From Alphaproteobacteria bacterium (GTDB lineage Bacteria; Pseudomonadota; Alphaproteobacteria; UBA828), in NCBI GenBank assembly GCA_963422645.2, contig CAXXVO010000008.1, positions 512,001 through 576,000 on the forward strand: a stretch of DNA of 64,000 bases. Reading direction: 5' to 3'. This document shows, piece after piece, positions 50,128 to 60,603 of this stretch (positions are counted from its first letter, which is position 1; each line of letters starts with the position of its first letter). Made by a program: the position numbers and the translations under genes. The notes under the pieces are model-generated. The model searched no databases. It was given only the letters and a program-made list of their open reading frames with translations, and was not told where the DNA came from.

Positions 50128-51378
50128 TCAGGCGGCCTTGAGTTCCGCGCCTACGGGCTCGATGTAGCCGTAGCGGCGGAGCATGCGGATCCACCGAGGA
50201 GCGTTGCGCTTGACCATCAGAGCGTCGTAGTCGGCCGTGCGGTCGTAGTAGGGCCTGCCGGTCTTGAGCACCACATAGATGATGCGCAGCATCTTGTGAG
50301 CGCCGGCGACGATGGCGCGCTTGTAGCCGCGCCGGGCGGCGAGGGCGCGGTGATGAGCCTCGAACTGGCACCCCTTGGTTCGGGCCGCGCCGTGGGCACA
50401 CTCGACGAGGCAGGCGCGCAGGGTCTTGGAGCCCATGCGGGTGCGTGCGTTGCGGCGCTTGCCCCCGCTCTCGTTGTTGCCGGGGCAGAGCCCGGCCCAG
50501 GCGGCGAAGTGCTCCTTGGAGGCGAACACGCCGATGTCGGGGCCGATCTCGATGAGGATGGTCGAGGCGGCGGTGCGGTCGATGCCGGGGATGGTGGTCA
50601 GCAGACGGAGCTGCTCCTCCCACGGTGTCATCTGCCCGTCGATCTTCCTGGTGTAGGACGCGATGCGCGCCTCAAGCGCGTCATGCTCCTCCAGCAGGTC
50701 GTTGAGCATGAAGCGGTCGTTGTCGCCCAGGCTCAGGGTGAGCGCCTCGCCGAGCCCCTCCAGCTTGTTCGCAACGTGGCTGGTGAGCGAGGCGAGGATG
50801 ACCTCGCGCGCCGTCCCCTGCGCCAGGCCGTCGAGGATCTTCCGGCCGTTGACGCCGAAGACGTCGGAGAGGATGCCGCCGATGCGCGCACCGGCGCGGT
50901 CGATGATCTTCTGCACGCGGTTGCGCACGGCGGAGCGCTGCCTGACCAGGACGCGGCGCTGGCGGCTCAGTGCGCGCAGCTCCCGGAACGGCTCAGGCGG
51001 AACGTGGGAAGGCGTGCAGAGCCCGAACTGGCACACGCAGGCCAGCCACACGCTGTCCGCCACGTCGGTCTTGCGCCCCTTCAACTGCTTCACCTGACGC
51101 GCATGCACCAGGATCGCCTCGAGCCCGGCCGCCTCCAGGGCCGCGAAGGGCGCCTGCCAGTAGACCCCGGTCCCTTCCATCACCGCAGCCTCGACGCCGT
51201 GACCGGTCAGCCACGCGACCATCTCCTCCAGACCGCTCGGCAGCGTGCCGAAGCAGCGCGTCTCCACCACCGGCTCACCCTCGCCCTCACAGAGGCGAAC
51301 CGTCGCGGTGATCTCCATCTTGTGCACGTCCAGACCCGCCGCGCGCGGCCGGACGACGTGCAAGCCTTCCGTCTTCAT
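50128..51378 (-). CDS. IS110-family DEDD recombinase/transposase
   Basis: GLDVHK, MEGTG.YW, KTD..D, IPGI, NESGGK; RBS GAGGAGG before MKTEG. Confidence 0.93.
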   Translation of the reverse strand: MKTEGLHVVRPRAAGLDVHKMEITATVRLCEGEGEPVVETRCFGTLPSGLEEMVAWLTGHGVEAAVMEGTGVYWQAPFAALEAAGLEAILVHARQVKQLKGRKTDVADSVWLACVCQFGLCTPSHVPPEPFRELRALSRQRRVLVRQRSAVRNRVQKIIDRAGARIGGILSDVFGVNGRKILDGLAQGTAREVILASLTSHVANKLEGLGEALTLSLGDNDRFMLNDLLEEHDALEARIASYTRKIDGQMTPWEEQLRLLTTIPGIDRTAASTILIEIGPDIGVFASKEHFAAWAGLCPGNNESGGKRRNARTRMGSKTLRACLVECAHGAARTKGCQFEAHHRALAARRGYKRAIVAGAHKMLRIIYVVLKTGRPYYDRTADYDALMVKRNAPRWIRMLRRYGYIEPVGAELKAA

Positions 51379-51429
51379 CGCCTTCCTCCTCATTTGCGCT
51401 CTCGCCACGGCGGCGTACGATCACGCCGT

Positions 51430-51700
51430 GGCATCGCCACGGTGGAGGCGGGGACAGCGGTCGGAAGAACACGCATCCGACGAGCGGGTGCGGTGCAATT
51501 TGCCGCGCGTCCACGGCCACGGGCCGGGTACAATACGGGGTGCGGAGCCGGCCGCCGGAAGCAGTTTTGTCATCGGGAACTACGTCACCGATATAACGAC
51601 GCTCACACGTCCCCACCTCCGCCAATACCCATCCTGACACGGCAAATGGGTGCAAGCGCAAGGAAAACGTCAGCCGAACCGCTCCTGTTTCATGCCACGG
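51430..51700 (-). ncRNA. Candidate bridge RNA in the IS110 5' non-coding end
   Basis: Position typical of the IS110 group; two hairpin/internal-loop modules with short matches to the element junctions; ends not defined. Confidence 0.5.
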
Positions 51701-51784
51701 GGTGGCTCAGAACCGCGGGGACCATGACTGTTTTGTGCAATCAACGCGGACCATGTTCCGCCACGCGAAGAGGGGATTCCTGAG

Positions 51785-52927
51785 ATGAAAAAATCCGGTC
51801 TGATGAAGGTGCGCACCATGGCACCTGTAACGCGTCGTGGCTTCAATCTCGGCGCACTCGCGGCAGCGAGTTCCGCCGCGCTTGGAGCCGGATTCGGTGC
51901 CGGTTCGGCCCGCGCCGCCAGTGAAGTGGTGTTCCTCGGCTGGCAGGGATACGACGAGGCACTGTTCGTCGGCGGGTTCATGGAACGGGAAGGAATCGAG
52001 CTCGCCACGACCTACATCGGCAATAATGACGAGATCGTCACCAAACTCCGAGCCGGCGGCATCGGCACCATCGATATCGTCACGCCTTATATGGGCTACG
52101 TGCCGCTGCTGGCCAGAACCGGTCTGATCGCGCCGATCGACACGTCGATGGTCCCGAACCTCGCGGACGTCATGCCGATCTTCAAGGACGACATGAATCT
52201 CAACCTGGACGGGAAGCTCTACGGTGTACCCTTCACATGGGGTGCCTTTCCAATGATGTACAATCCCGCTGTGGTACCTGAGGCACCGGGCTCCTGGCAT
52301 GATCTCTTCAATGCCGAGTACGAAGGCAAGGTCGGCATGATGGACGATGCCCTCGGTAACATCATTCTGGCTGCCCAAATCGTCACCGATGCTGAATCGA
52401 AGACGATCCTCACCCATGATCAGTTGCGGGAATCCGTCGACTACATGATCAAGCTGAAGGAAAAGCAGATCCGCATGGTTGCCGTCAGCTGGGGCGAGCT
52501 TTCGGATGCCCTTTCCCGCGGCGATGTCGTCGTGACCTACGGGGGCTGGGAGGCCATCAAGAAGTTCTCCGCCGACGCCGGCGCAGTGATCGAGTACACG
52601 TACCCGAAGGAGGGAACCTTCGCCTGGCTCGACAGCTATTGCGTCGCGACCGATGCTCCGAACTGGGAAACCGACCACGCGCTGTGCAACCAGATCATCG
52701 GCATCGACGCTCAGGTCAAGATCGGGACGGAATACGTGCAGGGGATCGTCAACACCAAGGCGGTCGAGGCGCTGGATCCCGCCTCTCGGGCGCTCTATCC
52801 CTATGATGATCCCACAGGCTTCGATGAAAAGTTCACGTTCTACACCTTCCCACCGTTGGTGGATGACGGCGTCCACGCCACGTTTGAGGACTGGGTAAGG
52901 GAGTGGGATCGCTTCAAGGCAAGTTAA
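51785..52927 (+). CDS. PotD-like ABC substrate-binding protein (Tat signal)
   Basis: TRRGF; YGVPFTWG; PKEG...W.D. Confidence 0.9.
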   Translation: MKKSGLMKVRTMAPVTRRGFNLGALAAASSAALGAGFGAGSARAASEVVFLGWQGYDEALFVGGFMEREGIELATTYIGNNDEIVTKLRAGGIGTIDIVTPYMGYVPLLARTGLIAPIDTSMVPNLADVMPIFKDDMNLNLDGKLYGVPFTWGAFPMMYNPAVVPEAPGSWHDLFNAEYEGKVGMMDDALGNIILAAQIVTDAESKTILTHDQLRESVDYMIKLKEKQIRMVAVSWGELSDALSRGDVVVTYGGWEAIKKFSADAGAVIEYTYPKEGTFAWLDSYCVATDAPNWETDHALCNQIIGIDAQVKIGTEYVQGIVNTKAVEALDPASRALYPYDDPTGFDEKFTFYTFPPLVDDGVHATFEDWVREWDRFKAS

Positions 52928-53010
52928 TCCTGTCACGGACTGTGCGGTCGTTCCCATGCAGGGGGCGACCGCGCAGTAACATCAAGAAGCCCAGGCGCCG
53001 CCCCTGACTC

Positions 53011-53847
53011 ATGGAGAGTCGGCGAAGAAACTACCTGCTGGTCGCTCCCTCGGCCGGCCTCTACGGTGTTCTGTTCATCGCACCCTTTCTGTACTTCGTT
53101 GTAATCAGTTTCTGGGATGTAAAGAACTACCAGCTTACGCCGGACTTCACCGGGGCGAACTACGTCGAAACTTTCGATCGTTACGCCGGGATCTTCTTCT
53201 TCACCATCGAAATGGCATTCCTGATTGCGCTGCTCACGACAGCGTTCGGGTTCGTTTATGCCTATATCGCGCGCTTCAAGGCCGGACGGTGGGGAACGAC
53301 GCTGCTGCTGATCGCGCTCGTCACTCTGTTCGGCGGGTACCTGATGAAGATCTACGCGTGGAAGACGATCCTGGGCAACGAGGGCGTTCTGAATTCTGCG
53401 CTCTTGACGCTTGGCATCGTGGCTCAGCCGCTGACGGCCCTTCTCTACAGCCCGGGCGCTGTCGTCGTGACGCTGGTTCACTTTCTGCTGCCTTTCGCGA
53501 TCCTGCCGATCTACGCAAGCCTGCGCGGCCTCGACGATGTCTCGCTCGAGGCGGCCCGTGACCTCGGCGCGCCGCCCTGGCGGATACTGGTCGGCATCAT
53601 CATTCCGCAGTGCAAGGCCGGCCTGATTGCGGCCTTCACCTTCTGCTTCCTGCTTCCGGTTGGTGACTACGTGACGCCACTCCTGGTCGGCGGCAAGGTC
53701 GTCATGATCGGGAATATGGTGGCGACGCAGTTCGGCAAGTCCTTCAACTGGCCTCTCGGGGCTGCGATGGCTGTTTCGATCCTCGTCTGCGCGTTCGTCA
53801 TCGTGGTCGTCATGAACTGGGCGATGTCGCATTGGCGGCCCCGCTAG
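53011..53847 (+). CDS. ABC permease (PotB-like)
   Basis: LEAARDLGA; GDYVTP.L.GG. Confidence 0.9.
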   Translation: MESRRRNYLLVAPSAGLYGVLFIAPFLYFVVISFWDVKNYQLTPDFTGANYVETFDRYAGIFFFTIEMAFLIALLTTAFGFVYAYIARFKAGRWGTTLLLIALVTLFGGYLMKIYAWKTILGNEGVLNSALLTLGIVAQPLTALLYSPGAVVVTLVHFLLPFAILPIYASLRGLDDVSLEAARDLGAPPWRILVGIIIPQCKAGLIAAFTFCFLLPVGDYVTPLLVGGKVVMIGNMVATQFGKSFNWPLGAAMAVSILVCAFVIVVVMNWAMSHWRPR

Positions 53848-54620
53848 ACAGGACCTCCACCCTCTTTTGGCGGGTGATCGCAGGCGCGTTCGTCCTCTTC
53901 CTGCTGTCGCCCCTGGTGCTCGTGGTGCTGTTCTCGTTCACCGATCGCGGGATCAGCGCCTTCCCGATCGAGGGTCTCTCCATCCAGTGGTGGGTGGCGA
54001 TGATCGAGCACCGGCAATTCGCGAGCGCCCTCTCGAACAGCCTGATCATCAGTGGCGCCGTCGCCCTGATCTCGGCTGCGGTCGGCACGATGGCGGCGGT
54101 CGGCCTCGCCCGCCTGCCTCCCAAGCACGCCAATATCGGGATCGCCGCTCTCTGCCTGCCGCTCATGCTCCCGCCGCTGGTGCTCGCGGTTGCGTTGCTC
54201 TCCGCGTATGTGGCGGCGGGGATGAAGCTCGGGCTCCTGACCGTGATCCTGGCTCACCTCCTGTTCACCCAGCCCTTCGTGATCCTGGTGGTCTACGCCC
54301 GTATGGTCACCTTCGATCACGCCGTGGTGGAGAGCGCGCGCGACCTCGGAGCATCGCCGCTCAAGGCGTTCTTTACGGTCACGCTGCCGATCATCCGGCC
54401 CACGGTCATCGGCGCCGCCCTGATTGCGGCGGCGCTCTCGCTCGACGATTTCATCATCACCTTCTTCAACATTGGCGGCGGCAACACGCTGCCCACCTTC
54501 GTTTGGGGATTCATTCGCACCGGGTTGCGACCCACGGTAAACGCGATCGGCACCACGATTCTCGTGATGACCGTGGGTGCGACGATCATCGCGCTCTGGC
54601 TCACACGGTATCGGGGGTAG
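53832..54620 (+). CDS. ABC permease (PotC-like)
   Basis: ESARDLGA; LSLDDF; start codon uncertain. Confidence 0.88.
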   Translation: MAAPLDRTSTLFWRVIAGAFVLFLLSPLVLVVLFSFTDRGISAFPIEGLSIQWWVAMIEHRQFASALSNSLIISGAVALISAAVGTMAAVGLARLPPKHANIGIAALCLPLMLPPLVLAVALLSAYVAAGMKLGLLTVILAHLLFTQPFVILVVYARMVTFDHAVVESARDLGASPLKAFFTVTLPIIRPTVIGAALIAAALSLDDFIITFFNIGGGNTLPTFVWGFIRTGLRPTVNAIGTTILVMTVGATIIALWLTRYRG

Positions 54621-54646
54621 CGCGTGCCTAGAACGGGAGAGGCCGG

Positions 54647-55447
54647 ATGACGGAACTGGAAGGCAAGATCGCGATCGTGACCGGCGCCGCATCGGGCATC
54701 GGGCGCGCCGGCGCAGAGCTCATGGCGGCCGCGGGAGCGCTCGTCGTGGCCGCCGACATCGACGAGGCTGGCGCTGCACAGGTGGCCACCGACATCGAAG
54801 CTCGCGGCGGGCGAGCCGTCCCGTGCCGGGTCGACGTCCGGGACGTGCAGTCGGTCCGCGATATGGTCGATTCAACCGTGAAGCAACACGGGCGGATCGA
54901 CGTGCTCTTCCACAACGCGGTGAGCGTGCCGCTGATCAACAAGCACGACAACCGGGCGACGGAGCTCGACGACGATATCTGGGATCAGATCATCGGCCTG
55001 ATTCTCACCGGCACCTATTACTGCGCCAAGTACACCTGCCGGCACATGCTGCGCCAGGGTGAGGGGTCGATCATTCTGACGGCGACGACCGATGCGCTGA
55101 TCGGCCAGGCCGGAATCGACGCCTATACCGCCGCCAAGGGTGGGGTCGTTTCGCTCACGCGCTCGCTCGCGGCCGGGGTCTCGCCAGAGGGCGTTCGCGT
55201 CAACGCGATCTGTCCCGGCTTCGTCGACACGCCTCACCAGGCGGGGTTCCTGAGCGTTCCGGAGGAACGGGCCAAGCTCGAGGAGCTTCACCTGATGCCG
55301 ATCCTGGAGCCGGAGGACATCGCCAACTTTGCCGTCTATCTGGCCTCGGACCGGGCACGCTACATGACCGGCGGCATTCACGTCGTCGATTCCGGCTACA
55401 CGGCGTTCAAGGGACGCCTCTCGCTCCAGGACACGATCCGGCTGTAG
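54647..55447 (+). CDS. SDR-family oxidoreductase
   Basis: TGAASGIG, YTAAK, NAICPG. Confidence 0.92.
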   Translation: MTELEGKIAIVTGAASGIGRAGAELMAAAGALVVAADIDEAGAAQVATDIEARGGRAVPCRVDVRDVQSVRDMVDSTVKQHGRIDVLFHNAVSVPLINKHDNRATELDDDIWDQIIGLILTGTYYCAKYTCRHMLRQGEGSIILTATTDALIGQAGIDAYTAAKGGVVSLTRSLAAGVSPEGVRVNAICPGFVDTPHQAGFLSVPEERAKLEELHLMPILEPEDIANFAVYLASDRARYMTGGIHVVDSGYTAFKGRLSLQDTIRL

Positions 55448-55636
55448 CGTGAGGCGGTCTTTCCAAGTCTTTAGGCGCCATCGAATCCTGGAACGACCGG
55501 CGCCGGTAACGCGGAAACTCGCCTATCCCACCTGTCCCGCCCAATCCCGGCGAATCCCGCACTAAAATTCGCTGTTGGGTATTGTCCGGGGCGCACGACG
55601 GCATGCAGCACGCGACCTCGGCGAGATGTCCAGGCG

Positions 55637-55676
55637 AGAGCGTTTCCGTACGAAGCGGAAACGCTCTAGGATCGCG
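55637..55676. repeat. Short palindromic repeat, copy 2
   Basis: AGAGCGTTTCCG-TACGAAG-CGGAAACGCTCT-AGGATCGCG. Confidence 0.7.
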
Positions 55677-55703
55677 CCCGACGATTCCGCAAGGGAGGCA
55701 AGG

Positions 55704-57008
55704 GTGGATATCGCGGCGCTGCGCGCTGCCGGCGCGCGTCATCTGATCCAGGGCGAGCTGCTCTCGGACGTGGTACCGGCTGCGGACGGGCCCGTCTTCG
55801 TCCGCGCCGACGGAACGGAAATCTTCGATTCCGAGGGCCGGGCCTACCTGGACTTCAACTCGGGCCAGATGTGCTCGGCGCTCGGCCACAACAACCCGCG
55901 CGTGACCCAGGCTGTGCGGGAGGGCCTGGGCACGCTCACGCATGCGAGCTCGGTCTATTTCAACGAGCCGCAGCTGCGCCTTGCCGCGCGCTTGGCGGAG
56001 ACCATCGACGCGCCGCTCAGCCGCTCGCTCTTCATCCAGTCCGGCGCCGATTCCAACGAGGCGGCGGTACTCTTCGCCCGGCGCGCGACCGGGCGCAACG
56101 GCATCGGCGCGCTGCACCTGAGCTTCCACGGCTACACCGACGTGACCCGCGCCATCAGCTTCGCCGCGACCACGGCCGGCAACGGCCCCTCGATTCCTGA
56201 CGTGCACGCGATCCCCGCGCCCTACGGCTACCGCTCGCCGGTGGGCGCCGAGGGTGACGATTGGTGGGCGCCGCTGCTCGCCATCGCCTTCGACCTGCTC
56301 GACCGCGAGTGCCCGAACAATCTGGCGGCGGTCATCGCCGAGCCGCTAATCAGCGCGGGCGGGGTGATCGAGATGCCGCCCGGCTACCTCAAGGCGCTCA
56401 AGGCGGGGCTGGAGGCGCGGGGCGCGCTGCTCATCCTGGACGAGGCGCAGACCGGGCTCGGCAAGCTCGGCACCCTCTACGCCTACCAGCAGCATGGCAT
56501 CGTGCCGGACATCATGACACTGTCGAAGCACTTCGGCGGCGGCCTGCCGATCAGCGCCATGGTGACGACGGACGCGATCACCGCGCGCGCGCTCGACGGC
56601 GGGCTCACTTTCGGTCATTCGCATTCGTCGGATCCCATCGCCTGCACGGCCGGCCTCGCCAGCCTCGAAGAGATCCTGGTCGAGGACCTGCCCGCCAAGG
56701 CGCAGGCGATCGGAACGTATTGGCGCGCCCGCATGGATAGCCTGCAGCAGCGCTTCCCCATGATCGGCGACGTGCGCGGCAAGGGCTGCCTGCAGGGGGT
56801 CGAGCTGGTGCGCGACCGCGCCACCAAGGAGCCCGCGAGCCGGGAGGCGCAGGAGATCTACCGCGATTGCCTGGCGGACGGGCTGCTCTTCTCGGTGCGC
56901 GGCCAGCACCGCAACGTGCTCCGCTTCGTGCCGCCTTTCTGCACCAGCGAGGCGCAGATCGACCGCGCCGCGGCGATCCTAAGCCGCGCCCTTGAGCGCC
57001 AAGCCTGA
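55704..57008 (+). CDS. Class-III PLP aminotransferase, 2,2-dialkylglycine decarboxylase-like
   Basis: LDFNSGQM.S.LGH, DEAQTG, TLSKHFGGG; GTG start after GGGAGG. Confidence 0.8.
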   Translation: MDIAALRAAGARHLIQGELLSDVVPAADGPVFVRADGTEIFDSEGRAYLDFNSGQMCSALGHNNPRVTQAVREGLGTLTHASSVYFNEPQLRLAARLAETIDAPLSRSLFIQSGADSNEAAVLFARRATGRNGIGALHLSFHGYTDVTRAISFAATTAGNGPSIPDVHAIPAPYGYRSPVGAEGDDWWAPLLAIAFDLLDRECPNNLAAVIAEPLISAGGVIEMPPGYLKALKAGLEARGALLILDEAQTGLGKLGTLYAYQQHGIVPDIMTLSKHFGGGLPISAMVTTDAITARALDGGLTFGHSHSSDPIACTAGLASLEEILVEDLPAKAQAIGTYWRARMDSLQQRFPMIGDVRGKGCLQGVELVRDRATKEPASREAQEIYRDCLADGLLFSVRGQHRNVLRFVPPFCTSEAQIDRAAAILSRALERQA

Positions 57009-57062
57009 CGCTGCCATGACCTTCGGTCACTCTCTGGCGGCAGCCGCCGCGGAGCCGCACGC

Positions 57063-58265
57063 ATGAGCCGGCCCGCCACGGGCGTGCTCGCGGTCGTCCT
57101 TTGCGGGGCCCTGGTGCTCACGATCAGCAACGGGCTGCGCTCGAGCTTCGGCCTCTTCGCCACGCCGATGAGTCTCGATCTCGGCACCTCGCGCGAGACA
57201 TTCGCGCTCGCCATCGCGATCCAGGGCATCGTCTGGGGGATCACCCAACCCATCTTCGGCGCGTACGCCGACCGCCACGGGGCGATACGGGTGGCCCTGT
57301 TCGGGACCGTGGTCTACGTCGCGGGTCTGCTCTGGATGGCCTGGGCCGACAGCGCTCTCGGGCTGCATCTCGGTCAGGGCGTGCTGGTGGGGATTGGCAT
57401 CAGCGCCACCGGGTTCGCGGTGGTGTTGGGCCCGGTGGGGCGCGCTGTGCCGCCGGAGCGGCGCAGCATGGCGCTCGGCATCGCGGCGGCCGGCGGTTCC
57501 TTCGGGCAGTTTGCGTTGGCGCCTGTGGGCGGCGCGCTGATCGACGGCGTCGGCTGGTCCATGACGCTCATCGCATATTGCGGAATCGCGGCAATGATGG
57601 TGCCCTGCCTCATCGGGATGCGCGGCAGCCACGTGCCGCCCGAAGGCGACGCCCAGACGCTGAGCGAGGCGCTGATCGAGGCCCGTGCCCACAGTGGTTT
57701 CTGGCTGCTCTGCGGCGGCTTCTTCGTCTGCGGCTTCCACGTCTATTTCATTGCCACCCACCTGCCGTCTTTCCTGACGGACGCGGGGCTTGCCCCCATG
57801 CTGGGGGCGACGGCGATCGCTGTGATCGGGCTCGGCAACATCGTCGGCACCTTCGCCGCCGGCTGGCTCGGCGACCGGCACCGCAAGAAGTACGTGCTCT
57901 CGCTCTTCTACCTCGGCCGGGCGGCGGTCCTCGGCATGTTCCTCGTGGCGCCGGTGACCGAGGCGAGCGTGCTGGTGTTCTCCGCGCTGATGGGCCTGCT
58001 CTGGCTCGGCACCGTGCCGCTTACCAGCGGCCTCGTCGCCCAGATCTTCGGCCCCCGCTACCTCGGTGCGCTCTTCGGGATCGTGTTCTTCAGCCACCAG
58101 CTTGGATCTTTCCTCGGCGCCTGGCTCGGCGGCTACGTCTACGATACGACCGGCTCCTACGATGCGGTGTGGGCGGCCGCGGTGGCGCTGGGCGTGGTGG
58201 CGGCAGTGCTGCACTGGCCGATCCGCGACCGGCCGCTGGTGCGCCAGGAGGCCGGTGCCGCGTAG
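57063..58265 (+). CDS. MFS transporter
   Basis: 400 aa, multiple hydrophobic segments; GFFVCGFHV; HQLGSFLGAWLGG. Confidence 0.9.
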   Translation: MSRPATGVLAVVLCGALVLTISNGLRSSFGLFATPMSLDLGTSRETFALAIAIQGIVWGITQPIFGAYADRHGAIRVALFGTVVYVAGLLWMAWADSALGLHLGQGVLVGIGISATGFAVVLGPVGRAVPPERRSMALGIAAAGGSFGQFALAPVGGALIDGVGWSMTLIAYCGIAAMMVPCLIGMRGSHVPPEGDAQTLSEALIEARAHSGFWLLCGGFFVCGFHVYFIATHLPSFLTDAGLAPMLGATAIAVIGLGNIVGTFAAGWLGDRHRKKYVLSLFYLGRAAVLGMFLVAPVTEASVLVFSALMGLLWLGTVPLTSGLVAQIFGPRYLGALFGIVFFSHQLGSFLGAWLGGYVYDTTGSYDAVWAAAVALGVVAAVLHWPIRDRPLVRQEAGAA

Positions 58266-58330
58266 TGCGGGATGGGCAGGCCGCAACGAAGATGCTTGGC
58301 GCGGCAGCCACCCCGGGTTTAGGCTGGCGT

Positions 58331-58771
58331 ATGGTGCCCTGGAGCCGCTGCCTGCGATGCCTGCCTGCAATGGCGCTCGTGCTGCTGCTCGCCCTTGGCA
58401 CGACGGGGACCGCCTTGGCCGATCAGAACGACCCGGCGCTGGACGGCCTCTTCCGCGACCTCAAAGCCGCGCAGAGCCCGCAGTTGGTCCGTCAGATCGA
58501 GGCGCAGATCTGGGCCCGCTGGTTCGAAACCGGCTCGGAAGAGACGGACCGGATGCTCCGCGCCGGCGATATCGCGCTCGCCAGGGGTCAGTACAATCAC
58601 TCTTACGCGCTCCTCAACGGGGTTATCGAACTCCGGCCCGACCTTTCCGAAGGCTGGAACCGGCGGGCAACGCTGCGCTATCTGATGGGCGATTACGAGG
58701 GCTCCATCGCCGACATCGACGAGACCCTGGCGCGCGAGCCGCGCCACTTCGGCGCGCTCTCGGGGCTCGGC
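58331..58771 (+). pseudogene. Exported TPR-repeat protein truncated by insertion at 58772
   Basis: EGWNRRAT...TL..EPRHFGALSGLG, then an abrupt switch to non-homologous sequence. Confidence 0.8.
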
Positions 58772-58969
58772 TGTAGGGGGACGAAAGTCATTGCGAATCC
58801 GGAAGATGCCGGGAAGAAGGCGGAAGAGGGCGGACGGTCAAGGGGTTGGCGGCGTTTCCGGGGTCTGGCGGGCCGGACGAAAGTCTTTGCGAATCCGGCC
58901 CGGAAAGGGCCGTGAATTGGCTGGAAACGGTGATTTTCGGGGCGTTTCAGGGGTGCTGAAAGGCCTGTA
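58772..58969 (+). mobile_element. Terminus of a Mu-like/Tn7-like transposable element
   Basis: Begins TGT at the TPR breakpoint; 24-bp repeat GGACGAAAGTC(A/T)TTGCGAATCCGG at 58779-58802 and 58875-58898. Confidence 0.65.
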
Positions 58970-59088
58970 TGTTGTTAAGCGTGGAAAAGTGACCCCCTAT
59001 TGGGGGTGATCGGCGTCCAAAATTGACCCCCTTGGATTTGTGTCCATGAACACACCTCGTCGTTTGGACGGACGGGGTGGTGGGGGAG

Positions 59089-60603
59089 ATGCTGGTTGTG
59101 GAAACGATCGCGAAGATCCGTCGGGATCATCTGGTGAAGGGCGTTCCGATCAAGAAGCTCGCCCGGGATTTGAGGGTTTCCAAGAACACGATACGCAAGG
59201 TGGTGCGGGGCGATGCGACCTCGCACAGCTACGAGCGCAAGATCCAGCCGATGCCGAAGCTTGGGCTGTGGGTGGAGGAGCTTGAGCGCCAGCTGAAGGC
59301 CAACGAGAAGAAGGCACGCAAGGATCGGCTGTCTCTTCTGCGGATTCATGAAGACCTTGTGTCGCTGGGCTACAAGGGCGGCTATGACGCGGTTCGCCGC
59401 TATGCCAGGGCCTGGCGGCGCCGGTGGCGGCTGTTGTCGCCGGCGCAGGCCTATGTGCCGCTGATCTTCGATCCCGGCGAGGCCTACCAGTTCGACTGGA
59501 GCCACGAGTACGCGCGTCTGTCGGGCGCGACGACCAGGGTGAAGGCGGCGCACATGCGGCTGTGCCACAGCCGGATGTATCTGGTCCAGATCTTTCCCCG
59601 CGAGAGCCAGGAGATGGTCTTCGAGGCGCACGAGCGTGCCTTCCGCTTCTTCGGCGGGGTCTGCCGGCGGGGCATCTACGACAACATGAAGACGGCGGTG
59701 AGCACGATCTTCGTGGGCAAGAAGCGGGACTACAACCGCCGCTTCCAGGAGCTGTGCTCGCACCATCTGGTGGAGCCTGTGGCGTGCACGCCAGGGGCTG
59801 GCTGGGAGAAGGGGCAGGTCGAGAAGCAGGTGGGTGACCTTCGCGGCCGCCTGTTCGTGCCCATCCCGCGGGGCCGCTCCTACGCCGAGATCAACGAGTG
59901 GCTGATGGATCGGTGCATCGAGGACGCCAAGAAGCATCCGCATCCGACAATCCCGGGCAAGACGGTGTGGCAGGTGTTCGAGGAGGAGCAGCCCTTCCTG
60001 ATGGCGTATCGCGGCCCCTTCGACGGCTTCCATGCCAGCGAGGTGTCGGTCTCGAAGACCTGTCTGGTGCGCTTCGACAACAACCAGTACAGCGTCGCGG
60101 CCCGCGCCGTCGGCCGGCCGGTGGACGTGCGGGCCTATGCCGATCGGATCGTCATCCGCCAGGACGGCGAGACCGTTGCCGAGCACCCCCGCAGCTTCGG
60201 GCGCGGCCGGTTCGTCTACGATCCGTGGCATTACGTGCCGATCCTGACGCGGAAGCCCGGCGCGCTACGCAATGGCGCGCCCTTCAAGGACTGGCAGTTG
60301 CCCAACGCGCTCGGCCGCCTGCGAACCCGGCTCGCGGGCCACGACGACGGCGACCGGCAGTTCGTCAAGGTGCTCGCGGCGGTGCTGGAGGACGGACTGG
60401 AGGCGGTTGAGGCGGCCTGTGCCGAGACGCTCGACTGCGGTGCCTGCAGCGCCGACGTGGTGCTCAACATCCTCGCCCGGCAGCGCCAGCCGGCACCGCC
60501 GGCAATCATCCCGACGCCCGAGGGCCTGCAGCTTCGCCACAAGCCGGTAGCCGACTGTCAGCGCTACGACAGCCTGAGGGAGGCCGGTCATGGAGCGTCA
60601 TGA
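59089..60603 (+). CDS. istA: IS21 transposase IstA
   Basis: N-terminal HTH; [21 protein letters not shown]; [12 protein letters not shown]. Confidence 0.95.
   Translation: MLVVETIAKIRRDHLVKGVPIKKLARDLRVSKNTIRKVVRGDATSHSYERKIQPMPKLGLWVEELERQLKANEKKARKDRLSLLRIHEDLVSLGYKGGYDAVRRYARAWRRRWRLLSPAQAYVPLIFDPGEAYQFDWSHEYARLSGATTRVKAAHMRLCHSRMYLVQIFPRESQEMVFEAHERAFRFFGGVCRRGIYDNMKTAVSTIFVGKKRDYNRRFQELCSHHLVEPVACTPGAGWEKGQVEKQVGDLRGRLFVPIPRGRSYAEINEWLMDRCIEDAKKHPHPTIPGKTVWQVFEEEQPFLMAYRGPFDGFHASEVSVSKTCLVRFDNNQYSVAARAVGRPVDVRAYADRIVIRQDGETVAEHPRSFGRGRFVYDPWHYVPILTRKPGALRNGAPFKDWQLPNALGRLRTRLAGHDDGDRQFVKVLAAVLEDGLEAVEAACAETLDCGACSADVVLNILARQRQPAPPAIIPTPEGLQLRHKPVADCQRYDSLREAGHGAS

Larger units (their letters stand above)
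49964..51730 (-). mobile_element. IS110-family element (boundaries approximate)
   Basis: DEDD recombinase plus ~350-bp 5' and ~165-bp 3' non-coding ends; no terminal IR or TSD seen, as typical for the family. Confidence 0.75.

Noticed and set aside
55520-55590. TCCCG repeats plus TGTTGGGTAT as an integrase attachment remnant
   Set aside because: No integrase, tRNA or partner att site in the window; similarity too weak.
57101-58915. 604-aa MFS-overlapping/TPR fusion ORF
   Set aside because: Artefact of an open alternative frame; the TPR gene starts near 58331-58370 and is cut at 58771.
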